Shown: positions 14,255 to 27,863, counted from the whole stretch's first letter. The stretch is 63,981 bases of DNA, filler included, from Octopus bimaculoides (GCF_001194135.2; 5 parts of 3 records of this genome joined end to end with filler, not necessarily neighbours in it), one strand, 5' to 3'. Notes: a model not told the origin generated them from the letters alone. Program-made: numbers and translations.

Positions 14255-14498
14255 TATTGTTATCATATTGTTATCATATTGTTATCATATTGTTATCATA
14301 TTGTTATCATATTGTTATCATATTGTTATCATATTGTTATCATATTGTTATCATATTGTTATCATATTGTTATCATATTGTTATCATATTGTTATCATAT
14401 TGTTATCATATTGTTATCATATTGTTATCATATTGTTATCATATTGTTATCATATTGTTATCATATTGTTATCATATTGTTATCTATATTGTTATCAT
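14255..14498. repeat. 11-bp minisatellite (TATTGTTATCA)n, ~22 copies
   Basis: Direct reading; explains the 11-aa periodic ORFs at 14190-14549. Confidence 0.95.
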
Positions 14499-15144
14499 AC
14501 TTATGCATCACAATTAGAGTGGAGTGAAAAATGCAACTTTCGAAATTAGTAACCAAGAACCGATATTTTGTTGCAAATTTGTGTTTAAAGAAAGGTGCAT
14601 AAAGATGTTTGTAATTAAATATTTTTTTCAGGCTTTGCAATGTAATTGAAAATTTTAAAAATCTCTATTTTTGGTTGAATTTTAGATCTTATGGATTATA
14701 AGTTGTAAGGAATACATATTTCTATGTAGCAGAATGCAAAACAGTAAATATAGTATCCTTAAGAGGTTGCATACCAAGTTTCAGTACAATTGACTAATAT
14801 CCTGAGGTTTCGCATTGACTATAAAGAGAATAGGAATGCGGACTTCTCTCCAGCGACACTGCAACAGTGGTTGCGTGTGGACAAACGTCGTACGTGTGTG
14901 AAGTTTTCTGCTTTGCTCCTTGACTTTAGGTCATTGTATTAAAATTAATGATCATTTTAAATTTAGTGTTGTTTACATTTAGTGAGGACTCATAAGCCAA
15001 TAATACATCGTGATACTGACTGCCCAATATTTGGTATTCTATGTGATTTAGTGAGCAAGTTTTGCCAACTTACAAGGACGTACTAAAATGTGTTTTATTT
15101 GAACGAGAAAAAAAAAAGAAGAATGTAGTTAAGAAAGATCCTTT

Positions 15145-15665
15145 AATTAAACAAATTGTCAAGATTGTAGCAGAAAAGATAATTCTTCTTTAGCAAAGGT
15201 ATCCATCCTTTGTGTTATGATTGAGTCAGTTAAACCGAAAATCTTTATCTAAAGTACCAAGCATTACTAAAATTTGTGAAAAATAGAAAAAATGTGCCAT
15301 TGTTTCAAACAAAGTGTAACGTGTTTAAAAACAATGCAACAAAAGATTTATTCGACATTTCCTGTTGCAAGTTCAACTCCTTTAAAAACTGTAGTTATAG
15401 TAGAGACAAAAAAAGTACCATAGAGAGAATAGGATCAATGGACAAATTGAAAAATGATCATTGATAGAATAGATCAAGCAGTATCTAAACAGAACATGCA
15501 GAGGCTAATTAGAAAGAATCAGTCAGATCACAGTCACCTTTCTATGTCAGCAAAGGAAAGTTTCAGATTTTTGGCTTAACTGGCTCAATCATAACACAAG
15601 GGATGGATGCTTTTTGCCAAAGAAGAATTATCTTTTCTGCTACAATCTTGACAATTTATTTAATT
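15145..15665. mobile_element. MITE-like element with ~100-bp terminal inverted repeats
   Basis: 15145-15244 is the reverse complement of 15565-15665 at ~90% identity. Confidence 0.75.
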
Positions 15666-16156
15666 TATTTTAATGTGTGTGTAATCTAGACCTCATGTAA
15701 CAAATATATTTAGTGACCTAGTTAAAAAAATAAAGAATACAAAGTCGAGAAGTCTACTTATTTCACACAATTTTGAAATTTCAAGTGCATTGTGGAGCCT
15801 GAAGATATAAATGTTAGTGCTTGAGATTTTAACACTCTGGTTTTTAAAGGATTTCACAAAAGAAAATTGATTTGTAACAAAGAATTTAGAAAATAAAATG
15901 AGGAATGGCAAATGAGTTATAAATTGATTTTTTGCTCATTATTCAAAATTTCAAGTGGGCTGCGGGGCCTCAAGATGTAAATTTAAGAACTTCAACTTTT
16001 AACACAGTTGTTTTTAAAGGAGTTTGCAATAAAAGATATATTCTTGAAAAGATATTTTGAAAATCTGTGTAAAAAGTACCTTTTTGCTCCACTCTAATTG
16101 CTGTGTCTTTATTGCAATAAAGTAAAAATTGAACAAAATGTAATAAAAATATTTAC

Positions 16157-16218
16157 TTAGCTCTTTCTCTGTCAATATATGGAAGACTGCACAGTTTATT
16201 CCAAAAATGTCCTAAACC
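16157..16218 (-). CDS. Novel repeat-protein gene, long exon A2 (62 nt; GLGHFWNKLCSLPYIDRERA+AA)
   Basis: Acceptor ttttgaatatttatag, donor gtaaat; phase 0 to 2. Confidence 0.85.
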
Positions 16219-18352
16219 CTATAAATATTCAAAATAAAAGTATATGTTTAGAATCTTTATAATAAAATTAATGATTTAACATATGCAGTTCTATTTTACC
16301 ATGTAACTGACGCTCCAATCAAACTGGATATTGCCTGACTTCCTGAAGCAATTGGTTGTTTTGCTTCTCTACATCTACAGCAACATCAAATTTCAGATGT
16401 TTGATTCAAAAACAGACACAAACATTGGAATAATTCCAGAACAATTCTTTCAACCAACATTGTACTGTAGGAAAATTAAAGTAATAATTTCTAAACAAAG
16501 CACAAGATCACACATTTTTCAGGAGTCTAGTTATTTGCCCACAGAACTCAACTAATAAAGGAATGTGGTTTATTACTTAGGGTTTTAACTTCACAATTAT
16601 AAAGTAATGGCTTTGGTTCCTGGACCAAGAGGTACATTATGCCCCTGAGTAAAACAGTTCAGTATATTTCCCTCCAGTCTACTTAGCTGACAATAAGCAA
16701 CAACTGAGTGGTGCTGGAGCCCTCTCTCACTCCAGCTACCATGTCCTCACTGTTGGGTGAAAGGTAGGATGGTTGAGAAGTTGTTTGTATCAAATTGTCA
16801 CTGCATAGACACATAAAACACTTAGGGAAAGTATAGTTTCATGCTACCAGGTCATATTATTTTGTGTGAGATAGCTATGGGGTTATTTTTGTAAATACTT
16901 GACTAATAAATATTTTCTGAAATCGGAAAAGATGAAAGACAAAATTGACAAATGTGAGATTCAAAATCAGGGAATAATCCTCCACTTCATTAAAAGAAGT
17001 GGCAAAACATTCATTGGATCTTGCAGTATCCAGATATTTGTGTAAGGAAAGAAGACAAAATGGTGACAGCTTCAGCAATATTGATGAAAGACAAAATTGA
17101 ATACTGTAGAATTCTTTCAAGTGTTCCCCTGTCCACTACATTCACAGCCCAAGTTTCACAACCTTTAGCATTGCTTTTCATACAGAGGTATCATATAATC
17201 AACCTTTCATTCTTGAAAGTGAGGTTTCTTGTTACCAACAGATGTAAAAGTTCTTTAATCTTCCTCCAGTTAATTAGTATTCTTGCAACAATACTTTCAG
17301 AGCATCCTTTTCCACGGCTAATTTCATTGCCTAGATTATAGAAACTATTTACTATTTCTAAGGAGACTTACTATTTACTGCACTTGCACATCTGCCACAA
17401 ACCTATTCCATTTTCTTCTGTTAACTTCCCTGTGATCCCACTGCACCTCCTATGTGCCCATAATCTGCAATGAGCATATGATAAGGGATCTCTATCTACA
17501 CCCGTGTACTTCTGGCCATTTACCTAAACGAATTAGTGTTCTGCCTGTTCTCCTCCTAATTAGAACTTTAGCCTTTGCTAAGTTATAAAAATAGAATACA
17601 TTTTTGTCTTTGAAATCAATGGTGCTGTGTGGCTGAAAATGTTTTTTTTATGGAAGACCAGGTGTTGCCTATGCATGTAATCCTTTGCAATGCTATAAAC
17701 TAGCACTTTGTCGGATACAATGACAAGAGTTCCAGGTGATCTGATCAACGGAACAGTTTGCTTTTGAAATTTATGTGCAAGTGGCAGAGTACCCCACAGA
17801 CACACATACTCTTAACGTAGTTCTCAGGGAGAGTTAGTGTGACACAGAATGTGATTAAGTTGGCTGCTTTTGAATTACAGATAGAACTCATACTTGTCAG
17901 CTCAGCTGAGTGAGCTAGTGGAACATGAAATAAAGTGTCTTGCTCAAGGACAATATGCCGTTGGGTATTGAGTTCATGGCCTTATGATCAGGAGCTGAAT
18001 ACCCTGATCACTAAGCCACATACAATCCTCTACCTCACCATACTAACAGTGTAGCCAAGGGAAATGTGAAGACTGATACAACTTGGTTTCAGTATCATCA
18101 GATGTTTCTGTCAGTAGCTAAAAAAAAAACAACAAAACAAACCAGAAAACCCTCATCTGAAGCTTTGTCAGTCTTTGTAATCCATTGCTCTCAGCTGGAA
18201 CTACTATTATCAAACAAAAAACAATGAAAATTAAAGTCACTTTTAAATGTTTGGAACTAAAACAAATACTGCAAGGCATTCTCTCTGACGCTCAAACTAA
18301 TTGGTCAATATAATGTCATACAAAAAAATAAATAAATAGAGTACCAACTAAC

Positions 18353-18386
18353 CTTCATGCATCTAAAATTTTTTCCTGATAATTTC
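18353..18386 (-). CDS. Novel repeat-protein gene, short exon (34 nt; G+KLSGKNFRCMK)
   Basis: Acceptor tatttcttttgcag, donor gttagt; phase 2 to 0. Confidence 0.85.
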
Positions 18387-19145
18387 CTGCAAAAGAAATA
18401 AGCACACATCTTCATTTCACCATCATCACTATCATCAAAAATAACTGCTATGGTTTCATATATGTATAAAAAAACATTATTTACATTTGACGGATATTTG
18501 TCCTCATCTTGTTTGTTGTTAACACAATGTTTTGACTGATATACCCTCCAGCCTTCATCAGGTGTCTTGGGGAAATTTCAAACCTGGGTTCTCATTCCTA
18601 AGGTATTTTTCTATGTTATTATTATTATTCAGATCACTGCCTGGGGTCGAACTAGGAATCTTAGAGCTAGTAGTCCGTGCTCTTAACTACTACGCCATAT
18701 GCCCGTGGGCATATCCGTCATATGTAACTAATGTAAATAATTTCTCATTTCTTAATAAAACTGTATAAAAAAAGTTTCCATATGTCTTAAACAAGCCATG
18801 TTGATGGCACTTTCAAACCTGCAGACATCTTCGAGAACTAGTAATGTTCCTTGGTAAAAATGCTATGTCAAGGATTACTGGTACTTTTCAAATATCACTG
18901 TGCAAAAAGTTCTCAAGAACAGAGCACTTAATTTGTTGCCATTGGTACCCAGAGATTCCTTGAAGAATGTCATCAATCTACCCTGCTACTAGTTCATTAG
19001 TTCTTTATAAATTACAAATGTAAAAATTCCACCAGTTGCATTATTCAGCAGCAGGTGGGTGGCTGTGAGCATTTGACAACATTCCAGATGCTAGGCACTA
19101 ACTACTGGATGCAGTTTAAAGTCATACACAGAATTTTTAGTTAAA

Positions 19146-19955
19146 TATGAGATAGTTTGAAAATATTCATGGACTAGTTCTGCAGTATGCCAACAGATGG
19201 CAGCACATGATTGTGTGCACAGTGACAGCCAGCAATGACCTTTATGAGACAGTGTGCCAAGTGACATTGCCGTGTTTTCTTCACAAGTTGTGAAATTTTG
19301 TGCTGAACTTGGGAAGTCTGCTACAGAGACATTGAGCATGCTTTAGCAAGCTTACAGTGATGGGGAAATGGCTTGTGCACAACGTTTGGAGTGGTACAAG
19401 CGCTTCTGAAGGGATGACAGAGCTACATCTCAATCAAGAGCATGTTCATCATTTTGTTGATATATGTGGTATTGTGCATTGAGAATTTGTCCACCGAGGC
19501 TGGACCATTGAGAGTTCTACAGCAACATTTTGAAGCATTTGAGAGAGGACATTTGGCAAAAGCAACTGGATCAGTAGAGTGCTAAGAATTGGATTCTTTA
19601 TGACAACAATGCACCCTGTTACTGAGCTCTCCTCACTCGTGAGTGTCCCACCAAAAATTGCTTCTACACCTGCCCTATTGACCAGATTTAGCACCTGTGG
19701 ACTTTATCTCTTCCCCAAGATGAAAATGCAACTCAAAGGTCACCGTTTTTGAGATCAAGAGCGAGTTGCAGAAGATCCTCAAGTTGTTAATGGAAAATGA
19801 CTTCCAGACTGGATTCCAAAAGTAACAGGAATGCTGGGACCAGTGTATTGCAGTGCAAGTTGACTATTTTGAAGAAGATGATGTTAAAACTTTGGTAAAT
19901 AAGTTATATTTTATTAAACATAACTAGTTTGGGAACTCTTTGAGACCACTTTGAA
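19146..19955 (+). mobile_element. Mariner transposon remnant with degenerate terminal inverted repeats
   Basis: Remnants of EWYKRF, the DNAP motif and PDLAP.DF.LFPKMK..LKG.RF; TIR-like ends (aaaatattcatggactagtt / aactagtttgggaactctttgagaccac); related 5' end at ~13800-13990. Confidence 0.8.
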
Positions 19956-20170
19956 AATAGAAATAAAAAGGTGTAATAAGCTAAAGTTGGACTTACTGAA
20001 GTGGAAATACTGAATATAGAATTCATTATCTCTTACATCAACCTTGCTAGAGATTCTCTTGCTATTTTCTGCTTATACATCTTTATATCATTATCACTTA
20101 TACATCAATGTCTTCTCATTTAATTAAGAATAAAAATGAAATTTAAAAAAGAAGTTAGAAAATTACTCAC

Positions 20171-20235
20171 TTTGCTTCCTTTGGGAGAACACTGTTTGGA
20201 AAATTACGTATTTCTTCTGCAAAATCTCTATATTC
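20171..20235 (-). CDS. Novel repeat-protein gene, long exon B2 (65 nt; EYRDFAEEIRNFPNSVLPKEA+AA)
   Basis: Acceptor ttgtaaacttttctag, donor gtgagt; phase 0 to 2. Confidence 0.88.
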
Positions 20236-21986
20236 CTAGAAAAGTTTACAATAAAAACATTTGTTGCAAATTAATGATAAAAGTTTTGTTTAGGTGTTTA
20301 AATTGATGTGGGATGGTGTATGGGGTGAGTTGTGGAGATGATAAATGAAAATATGTTTCTTGGATTATGTGAAGTAACTGAAGATTTTATTGTCGCACAT
20401 TAAGTCAAAACTACATTAGCTTTTTCCAGATAACAACAGTAATAATTACATAATTACATAATTACATAATTACAGTAATAATTACATACTGAGACGAAGA
20501 TACTGCTTGGAGTTTAAGTCAAGCCATTCATACAGTAACATGTGGCTTCCCCAACACAACAGGAAACAATTATGCTATATCCATAGTGACAGAATTTCCT
20601 GCCATCTGATGTGATTAGAATAGAGACACACCTCACTCAGCTGTGTCAACATTCTGCAATTAATTACTGCCAAAAGAAGCCTTTTTATAAGGCTTAGTTA
20701 GATTAGCTTCATGCACTTGCTTGATGGAGCTGGGGTAATTCCAAGTTAGTGGTCTCAAGGGTGTTATTGTGTATACAGCTGTCCAGGTCCACTAGTGCGC
20801 TCCACTGTTGGTAGTCCTGTGTCAGCTCCTCTGTATCCTCTAAGGTGATGTCAAGCCTCTAGAGATCTTCCCCAATCACATCTAGCCATCTTGTATGGGG
20901 CCTGCCTCAAGGCCTCTTCCAGCCCGCAGTTGTTGTGTCAAATGAGACTAAAGCTTTGATAGGATGATCTAGTGGGAGATGGAGGACATGTCTATACCAG
21001 TGCATACAATGGATAGCTATGAGGTGAGAGGCTGCAGACTAATGCATGAGCACATGCAGTTCTTTGTTGTATATGTGACTAAGCCATGAGCCTTTTCAAT
21101 TTCTAACATGTAGCCACAAACTTTGTAGGTGTGACATAGTCTTCATATATGTCCACAGTACTTGATTTGTACATAATCTATGAACCTTGAAAGGATGAGT
21201 CGCAAAACTGACCCCTGTAGGGTCTAAAAGGAAAAGGGATGTAAATGGTCTGCAAGTAATCAATGACATCCCAAGTAATAAAATTGAATAGGATTCATTA
21301 TAGAAACAATGAAAATCTTTGTCTTTGATTAACTTCAACCAAGAAAACAGTTTCTCTTTCATTTAACAAAGTCAACAGCCGTAGCAATAATAGACACAAA
21401 AAGCAGAAGATGATTGCTGCTGTGGTTACATCTATCATAACTAGTTGCACTGTTCATATAAGAACTTGTTGCCAGTTCATATTCGAACCTGTAAGAAAGC
21501 CACTTTATTTTGTCAAAGAGAAAATCCCTCACTGTAGACAAATAAGTGTAAATACATTGAGTCAGCTCAGAGCTCCATAACCAGACTGCAGGATTCATGC
21601 ATTTCCATGTGGTTATCTCCTCCTCAGCAACAGAGACTAGAAAGGTAGATACTGAACACTGATACGAGAGACAGGTCCCTCTTAGAATATTCCCATAACC
21701 GTTCAACAGCTCCTCATAAATAAAATACAGGGTGACAATGTAAAACAGTGATGTCACCTCATATGTTAAAATAGGATTCACCCTCCCACCAAGCAAATAT
21801 CTGATAAACCTAAAATGACTGTTAAAAACTTTGGCTTGATAGGGAGATAAAACGGATGTGAAGTAACTAGTCTGCAGTTATTATGCTTGTTTATTTCAAG
21901 TCACATTACCAAATAACCTATTTTCAACAGTTACAGAAACACAATATGCTACCTTGTACAGAAATAAATTAATAGTATGAACTAAC

Positions 21987-22020
21987 CTTGATACTCTGAA
22001 AATATTTTTTCACCATATCA
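21987..22020 (-). CDS. Novel repeat-protein gene, short exon (34 nt; T+DMVKKYFQSIK)
   Basis: Acceptor tttatttcttttgcag, donor gttagt; phase 2 to 0. Confidence 0.85.
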
Positions 22021-22432
22021 CTGCAAAAGAAATAAATAAAAACACATTATTATCATTATCATCATTTTTATATCTTTAGACAAAGAGAAACATCATAAGA
22101 TTATAGCTTTTTGTACCATTAAATTTCGTATTTGGACTTGAATTTTTTTTTTTTTTTTTAAGATTTGAACCTAGATTTAGACATCATTTCAATTAGTTTC
22201 ATTTCTGACCTCATTAGGAGTTTTATCTTGGCTATATACATAGTATCAGACTAATGGTATTTGTCTCTCATCAAAGACAGTAATATTGAGTATGTCAATA
22301 CTGGCCTTACCAATGGTAAGAGGAATAGGTACCGAATCTTTGATTCTCATTAGTTTTCCACTTTTGAATTATGAAAACATTCCTTAGAATTATATTTATT
22401 GACACACACACATCACATACATACACAAACAT

Positions 22433-22476
<44 letters not shown>

Positions 22477-22639
22477 NNNNNNNNNNNNNNNNNNNNNNNN
22501 NNNNNNNNNNNNNNNNNNNNNNNNNNNNNNNNNNNNNNNNNNNNNNNNNNNNNNNNNNNNNNNNNNNNNNNNNNNNNNNNNNNNNNNNNNNNNNNNNNNN
22601 NNNNNNNNNNNNNNNNNNNNNNNNNNNNNNNNNNNNNNN

Positions 22640-22675
<36 letters not shown>

Positions 22676-23679
22676 TGCATATATGTATTTTTTTAAAAGC
22701 TGTATATTTTCTCATATAATCATACAAACATGAGCCTATGTACTCAATGAATATATAGATATACATATAAATTTATAGTAAGAGGAGGGATATAGTATCC
22801 AGGCAGATACTGAATTTCTCTATGTAAAATGCCAATGCTGGTTCCTTCAGATGGTGTGTTTTATAGCAAATTTCCTTTAATTCCCATCCGATGTTACAGC
22901 CTTTCCTGGCTACATAGAATGTAAAGTACAACATTGATAACAAGGAGAATGAAGAATTTGAACTTCAACCTTTATGTTTAGTTACAGTTGGTTTATTCGT
23001 AATAATTGTCCAATGTGATTAGATTGCATTAAATGCATATTGTTGCATATTTATATGCATCGATTTATGCATTATTAGTATGATCTCTTCAGGATGTATA
23101 AATATGACATTGTTCAAAGCGGAATTTTCCTCTGTTATTAGTCTGAATTAGGTTTGGTAACAGTAGCAGTAAACCATGACATTCATTCAATGAGTTGTTA
23201 TTCATAACTGACTGTTTGGGTAAAATTCAGCAACACCAGCAGCAGTGTTTGTTGAAGTTGGCAAATTTTCTTGGGCCATTGGGGAGTGGTTATTTATAGT
23301 ATACTTTTCTTTACAATGATCCTACATTCTTTATAGTCACATGGTTTTTTGATGGATTTCAAAGTTGGTTATACTATTTGAATTTTTTGTAAAGGTTATT
23401 AATAGTAGTAGTGGAAAATTACTAAGCAGTAGGCACCACATGGCTAATAAAGACAAGTAGTCAGTGGTAATTTAAATTTTTTTAAACTTATTATTATTAT
23501 TATTAGTAATATTTATAGGATTGAAGTTACTCCTCTAGAAAGTATAGAAGCAAATAAAGAAGTGTGCCATTGTTATCAAATGAACAATATTTCAACATCT
23601 CGTGTGTATTTCACAGGTTCAAAAATAAACTTGTCAATCTACTTCATTTTGGTAATATTTATAGGATTGAGGTTACCCT

Positions 23680-24065
23680 GCTGGTGCTGGTGCAACATAA
23701 AAAGCATCCAGTGCACACTGGAAAGTGGTTGGTGTTTGGAAGAACATCCAGCTGTAAAGCAGACTACACAAGCACTGGTACCACATGAGAAGCACCCAGG
23801 CCACTTCGTAAAGTAGTTAACATTAGGAAGGGCATCCAGTCATAAAAACCATGCCAAAACAAACCTTGCTGGTGCTAGTGCCATGTAAAAGGCATCCTGT
23901 CCACTCTGTAAGGTGGTTGACATTATGAAATGCATCCAGCTATAAAAACAATGTCAAAACAAACAGTAAAGCATGGAGCAGTTCTTTGGATTGCCAACTC
24001 CTGTTCAAACTGTCTGACCAATACCAGCTGGGAAAATGGATATTAAATGATGATGATGATGATAT
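23680..24065 (+). mobile_element. RTE 3' UTR-derived fragment
   Basis: aggaagggcatccag...catg...gatgatgat tail, as in 30700-31042. Confidence 0.7.
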
Positions 24066-24069
24066 ATGA

Positions 24070-24123
<54 letters not shown>

Positions 24124-24169
24124 GCACACACATACATATACATGTGTGTGTCTGTCCCCTACCATCACT

Positions 24170-24720
24170 TGACAACTGGAGGACTATGATGAATAAAAGG
24201 GGACTGAGGGTTGAACCTTGGTGGACCCCCTACTTCTACCCGGAATTCTTCACTATACTCATTGCCAATCCTAACCTTACTAATGGCCTCTCTGTATAGG
24301 ACCTGTACAGCCCTTATTAACCATTCATCAATCCCCAGTTTCTGCATCGCCCACCAGATAAGGGATCGGGGGACCCTATCAAAGGCTTTCTCCAAGTTAC
24401 AAAAGCTAAGTATAGGGGTTTATCTTTAGCTAGGTATTTCTCCTGCAGTTGTCGAACTAGGAATATGGCACCAGTGGTGCTTCTACCCGGCACAAAACTG
24501 AACTGTATCTCATCTAAGCAGACTTTCTCTCTAATGAGATGGGCTGTGACCCTCTCCGTGACCTTCATCACCTGATCCAGTAGTTTGATACCCCTGTAGT
24601 TATTTCTATTTAGAGCATCATCTTTACTCTTGTAGCAGTTGACTATGGTGCTGCTATGCCAGTCATTGGGTGAATTACCTGGTTTACACTGCGGATGACT
24701 AGGCCATAGCCCACACCACC
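24170..24720 (-). mobile_element. RTE LINE reverse-transcriptase fragment
   Basis: FVPGRSTTGAIFLVRQLQEKYLAKDKPLYLAFV and MEKAFDRVPRSLIWWAMQKLGIDEWL...EFRVEVG. Confidence 0.9.
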
Positions 24721-25050
24721 AGATGTCTTAAGCATAAATGGCACCCATGCTGGTGACATGTAAAACGAACCCTTGGAATGTTGGGCCCCATGGAGAAGAT
24801 GACAAGTGACTGAGACTGTTGATAATATGTCATGCTTAAAAAGACTCAGTTGCAGCTGGTGTCGGTGTCACTTAAATGGCATGTGAAAAGCACCCATTAC
24901 ACAGTTGAAGTGGTTGGCGTTAGGAAGAGCATCCAGCCACAGAAATCATTCTAAATCAAACAGGAACTTTGTGCAGTTCTCTGGCTCATCAGTTTCAGTC
25001 AAACCATCTAACCCATGCCAACATGGAAAGCACGCCATCACCGCCACTAC
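24720..25050 (+). mobile_element. RTE 3' UTR-derived fragment
   Basis: gtggttggcgttaggaagagcatccagc...aacccatgcc family motif. Confidence 0.65.
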
Positions 25051-25284
25051 CATTGTCGTCACCATCAAAGTAAATAAATTAATAAGATGTTTAATAAAAG
25101 CTGCATAACTAGGACTTACTGAAGTTGAAATACTGAATATATATCTTTAGTATAGACTATCATGGCTTCTCTAAATATTTTTAACACATAAATCCTTAAA
25201 TCATAATCACATTCATATATCACAGTTTCCTCATCTAATTGAAACCACTACCAAACTTGAACAAGACATAATAAAATTACTTAC

Positions 25285-25346
25285 TCATTATCTTCTCTGT
25301 GATACTTTTGAAGTTCATAGAGTTTCTTTGAAAACTTTCTATAACC
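25285..25346 (-). CDS. Novel repeat-protein gene, long exon A3 (62 nt; GYRKFSKKLYELQKYHREDN+GA)
   Basis: Acceptor ttttgaatatttgcag, donor gtaagt; phase 0 to 2. Confidence 0.88.
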
Positions 25347-27000
25347 CTGCAAATATTCAAAATGAAAGCATATGTTTAGACTTTATAATAAAATTAATGA
25401 TTTAACATATGCAGTTCTATTTTACCATGTAATTGACTCTTCAATCAAACTGGATATTGCCTGACTTCCTGAAGCAATTGGTTGTTTTGCTTCTCTACAT
25501 CCACAGGAAGATCAACCTTCAGATGTTTGATTCAAAAACAGACAGAAACGTTGGAATAATTCCAGAACATATTCTTTCAACCAACATCGTACTGTAGGAA
25601 AATTAAAGTAATAATTTCTAAACACTGCACAAGATCACACATTTTGTAGGAGTCTAGTTATTTGCCCACAAAACTCATCTAATAAAGGAATGTGGTTCAC
25701 TATTTAGGGTTTTAACTTCACAATTATAAAGTAATGGCTTTGGTTCCTGGACCAAGAGATACATTATGCCCCTGAGTAAAACAGTTCAGTATATTTCCCT
25801 CCAGTCTACTTAGCTGACAATATGAAACAACTGAGTGGTGCTGGAGCACTCTCTCACTCCAGCTACCATGTCCTCACTGTTGGGTGAATGGTAGGATGGT
25901 TGAGAAGTTATTTGTATCAAATTGTCAATGCATAGACACATAAAACACTTAGTGAAAGTATAGTTTCATGCTACCAGGTCATACTGTTTTGTTGGGTAGC
26001 TATGGGGTTATTTTCCTAAATACTCGACAAATATTATCTTCTGAAATCTGGTAGGATGAAAGACAAAATATTTATGTATATGTTTGTGCATTTGAATTTG
26101 TCCCCCTACCATTGCTTGACAACCAATGTTGGTGTGTTTAGATCCCTGTAACTTAGCAATTTGTTAAAGCAGACTGATAGAATAAGTACTTGGCTTACAA
26201 AAAATAAGCCCTGGGAAATAGCAGGATGAGATATTACAAGGCATCCAATCTGTTGTTTGAACAATTCTGAACTGCTGCTATCATTATTAAATTCAAAAAG
26301 TGAAGACAAAGGTAGTGTCACCACAAGCATGGCTGTGAGAAGGGAAAGAGCAGGATGAGATATCACAATGCATCCAATCAGGACTGCTACTATTTTTATC
26401 AAATTCCCAAAGTGAAAGGTACAATTAACTTCATTGATATTTGAACTCAGAATGCAGACAACCAAGACAAATACTTCAAAGTCTTCTATCTGATGCTCTA
26501 ATCACTCAGTGGATCTTTTCTGTTTGGTTTCATGTTTTGGAATTTTAGAATTAAAAGATTTTCAAATTTGTTATGTAATTTTTCATGTTGAATCTGGTGA
26601 TGTTCTTCACTTTTTCCAGAAAGATTTTGAGGAATGACATACTAGATAATGGTAGTCCTAGAAAACTTTTGGTCATAGGTCTGACTGATAAAAACATTCC
26701 TCTTCAGTTTTCACTTTCTCCATCATATTCGAGTTGGTGACAAATGGGTAAGCAGACTACACAACAACTTGGCTTGTTACTATTCATACAGGAAACACTA
26801 TGTCTGTGGCATTTGACAAGCTAAAATTACCCAAAATTCATTTCTTATTTTAAGGCAAAAATGAATTTCATTTCCACCACATCAATACACCAAATGTGAA
26901 TCAAGTGGAACAAAATTAAAGGAATTGAAAAGTGAAAGCCAAACAGAAACAACCCAAGTCAGCCAATACACTGCACAGTAAATAAATCATATCAACTAAC

Positions 27001-27034
27001 CGTATAATTTTTAAAGTATTTTTCTGCAAGTTTC
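27001..27034 (-). CDS. Novel repeat-protein gene, short exon (34 nt; G+KLAEKYFKNYT)
   Basis: Acceptor tgtttcttttgcag, donor gttagt; phase 2 to 0. Confidence 0.85.
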
Positions 27035-27798
27035 CTGCAAAAGAAACAAACATGTATTTTCATCATGTCATCACAATCATAATAGTTATTTCTACATCAA
27101 CTCACAAAAAGAAACTTTATGTCAGTACAACATACAAGCAGTGGTGCATACATCACATAAAAAACTCAAATGCTAATGCCATGTATAAAGCAACTGGTAC
27201 AGTCTGTAAAGTGGCTGGCCCGAGGGAAAGCATCCAACTGAAGAAACCATGCCAAAACAGATGACTAGAGACTGCTGTAGTTTTCTGGCTTGCCAGCTTC
27301 TATTAAACAATCTGACCCTTAACAGAGACTTATGTGGAACCAGCACAGGTGCATTTTATGTGCCACTGACACAGGTGCTTCTCACTTGGCAATGAGAAAG
27401 GAAAATTTTAATTTTAATCAGTGTTTAAAACGTTTATTGTTCAATTCATTTCAATGTGAACTGTGGAAAGAAATGATTCTGAATTGAAATCCCACCCCCT
27501 TATTCTGTTTCTCCCCTGTCTCTGTTCTGTGGGTGTATGGAATAGGCTTGAGCCTTTTGTCTTGCAGTTAAGTACATACAAACAAAAATAGTGTATTAAA
27601 AGTTGCATAACCAGGACTTACTGAAGTTGAAATACTGAACATATAGATTCCATGTTGTCTCATATCAACAATGTCATGGCTTCTCTTACTATTTCCTACA
27701 TTTATATTTCCTAATATCGTTATCATATTTATACAACACAAGCTCCTCATAATTCAAAGTCAAAATCAAACTTAAGCAGATATTGTATAATCACTTAC

Positions 27799-27863
27799 TT
27801 GGCATCTTGACTTCCAATATCCATTTTATACTTATTAATATCCCCTTCGAAATCTTCATATGA
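27799..27863 (-). CDS. Novel repeat-protein gene, long exon B3 (65 nt; SYEDFEGDINKYKMDIGSQDA+AA)
   Basis: Pyrimidine-rich acceptor ending ctag, donor gtaagt; phase 0 to 2; visible inside ORF-track entry 27791-28009. Confidence 0.88.

Noticed and set aside
14190-14549. Three overlapping ORFs with CYHIVIILLSY repeats
   Set aside because: Artefact of an 11-bp minisatellite that has no stops on the + strand.
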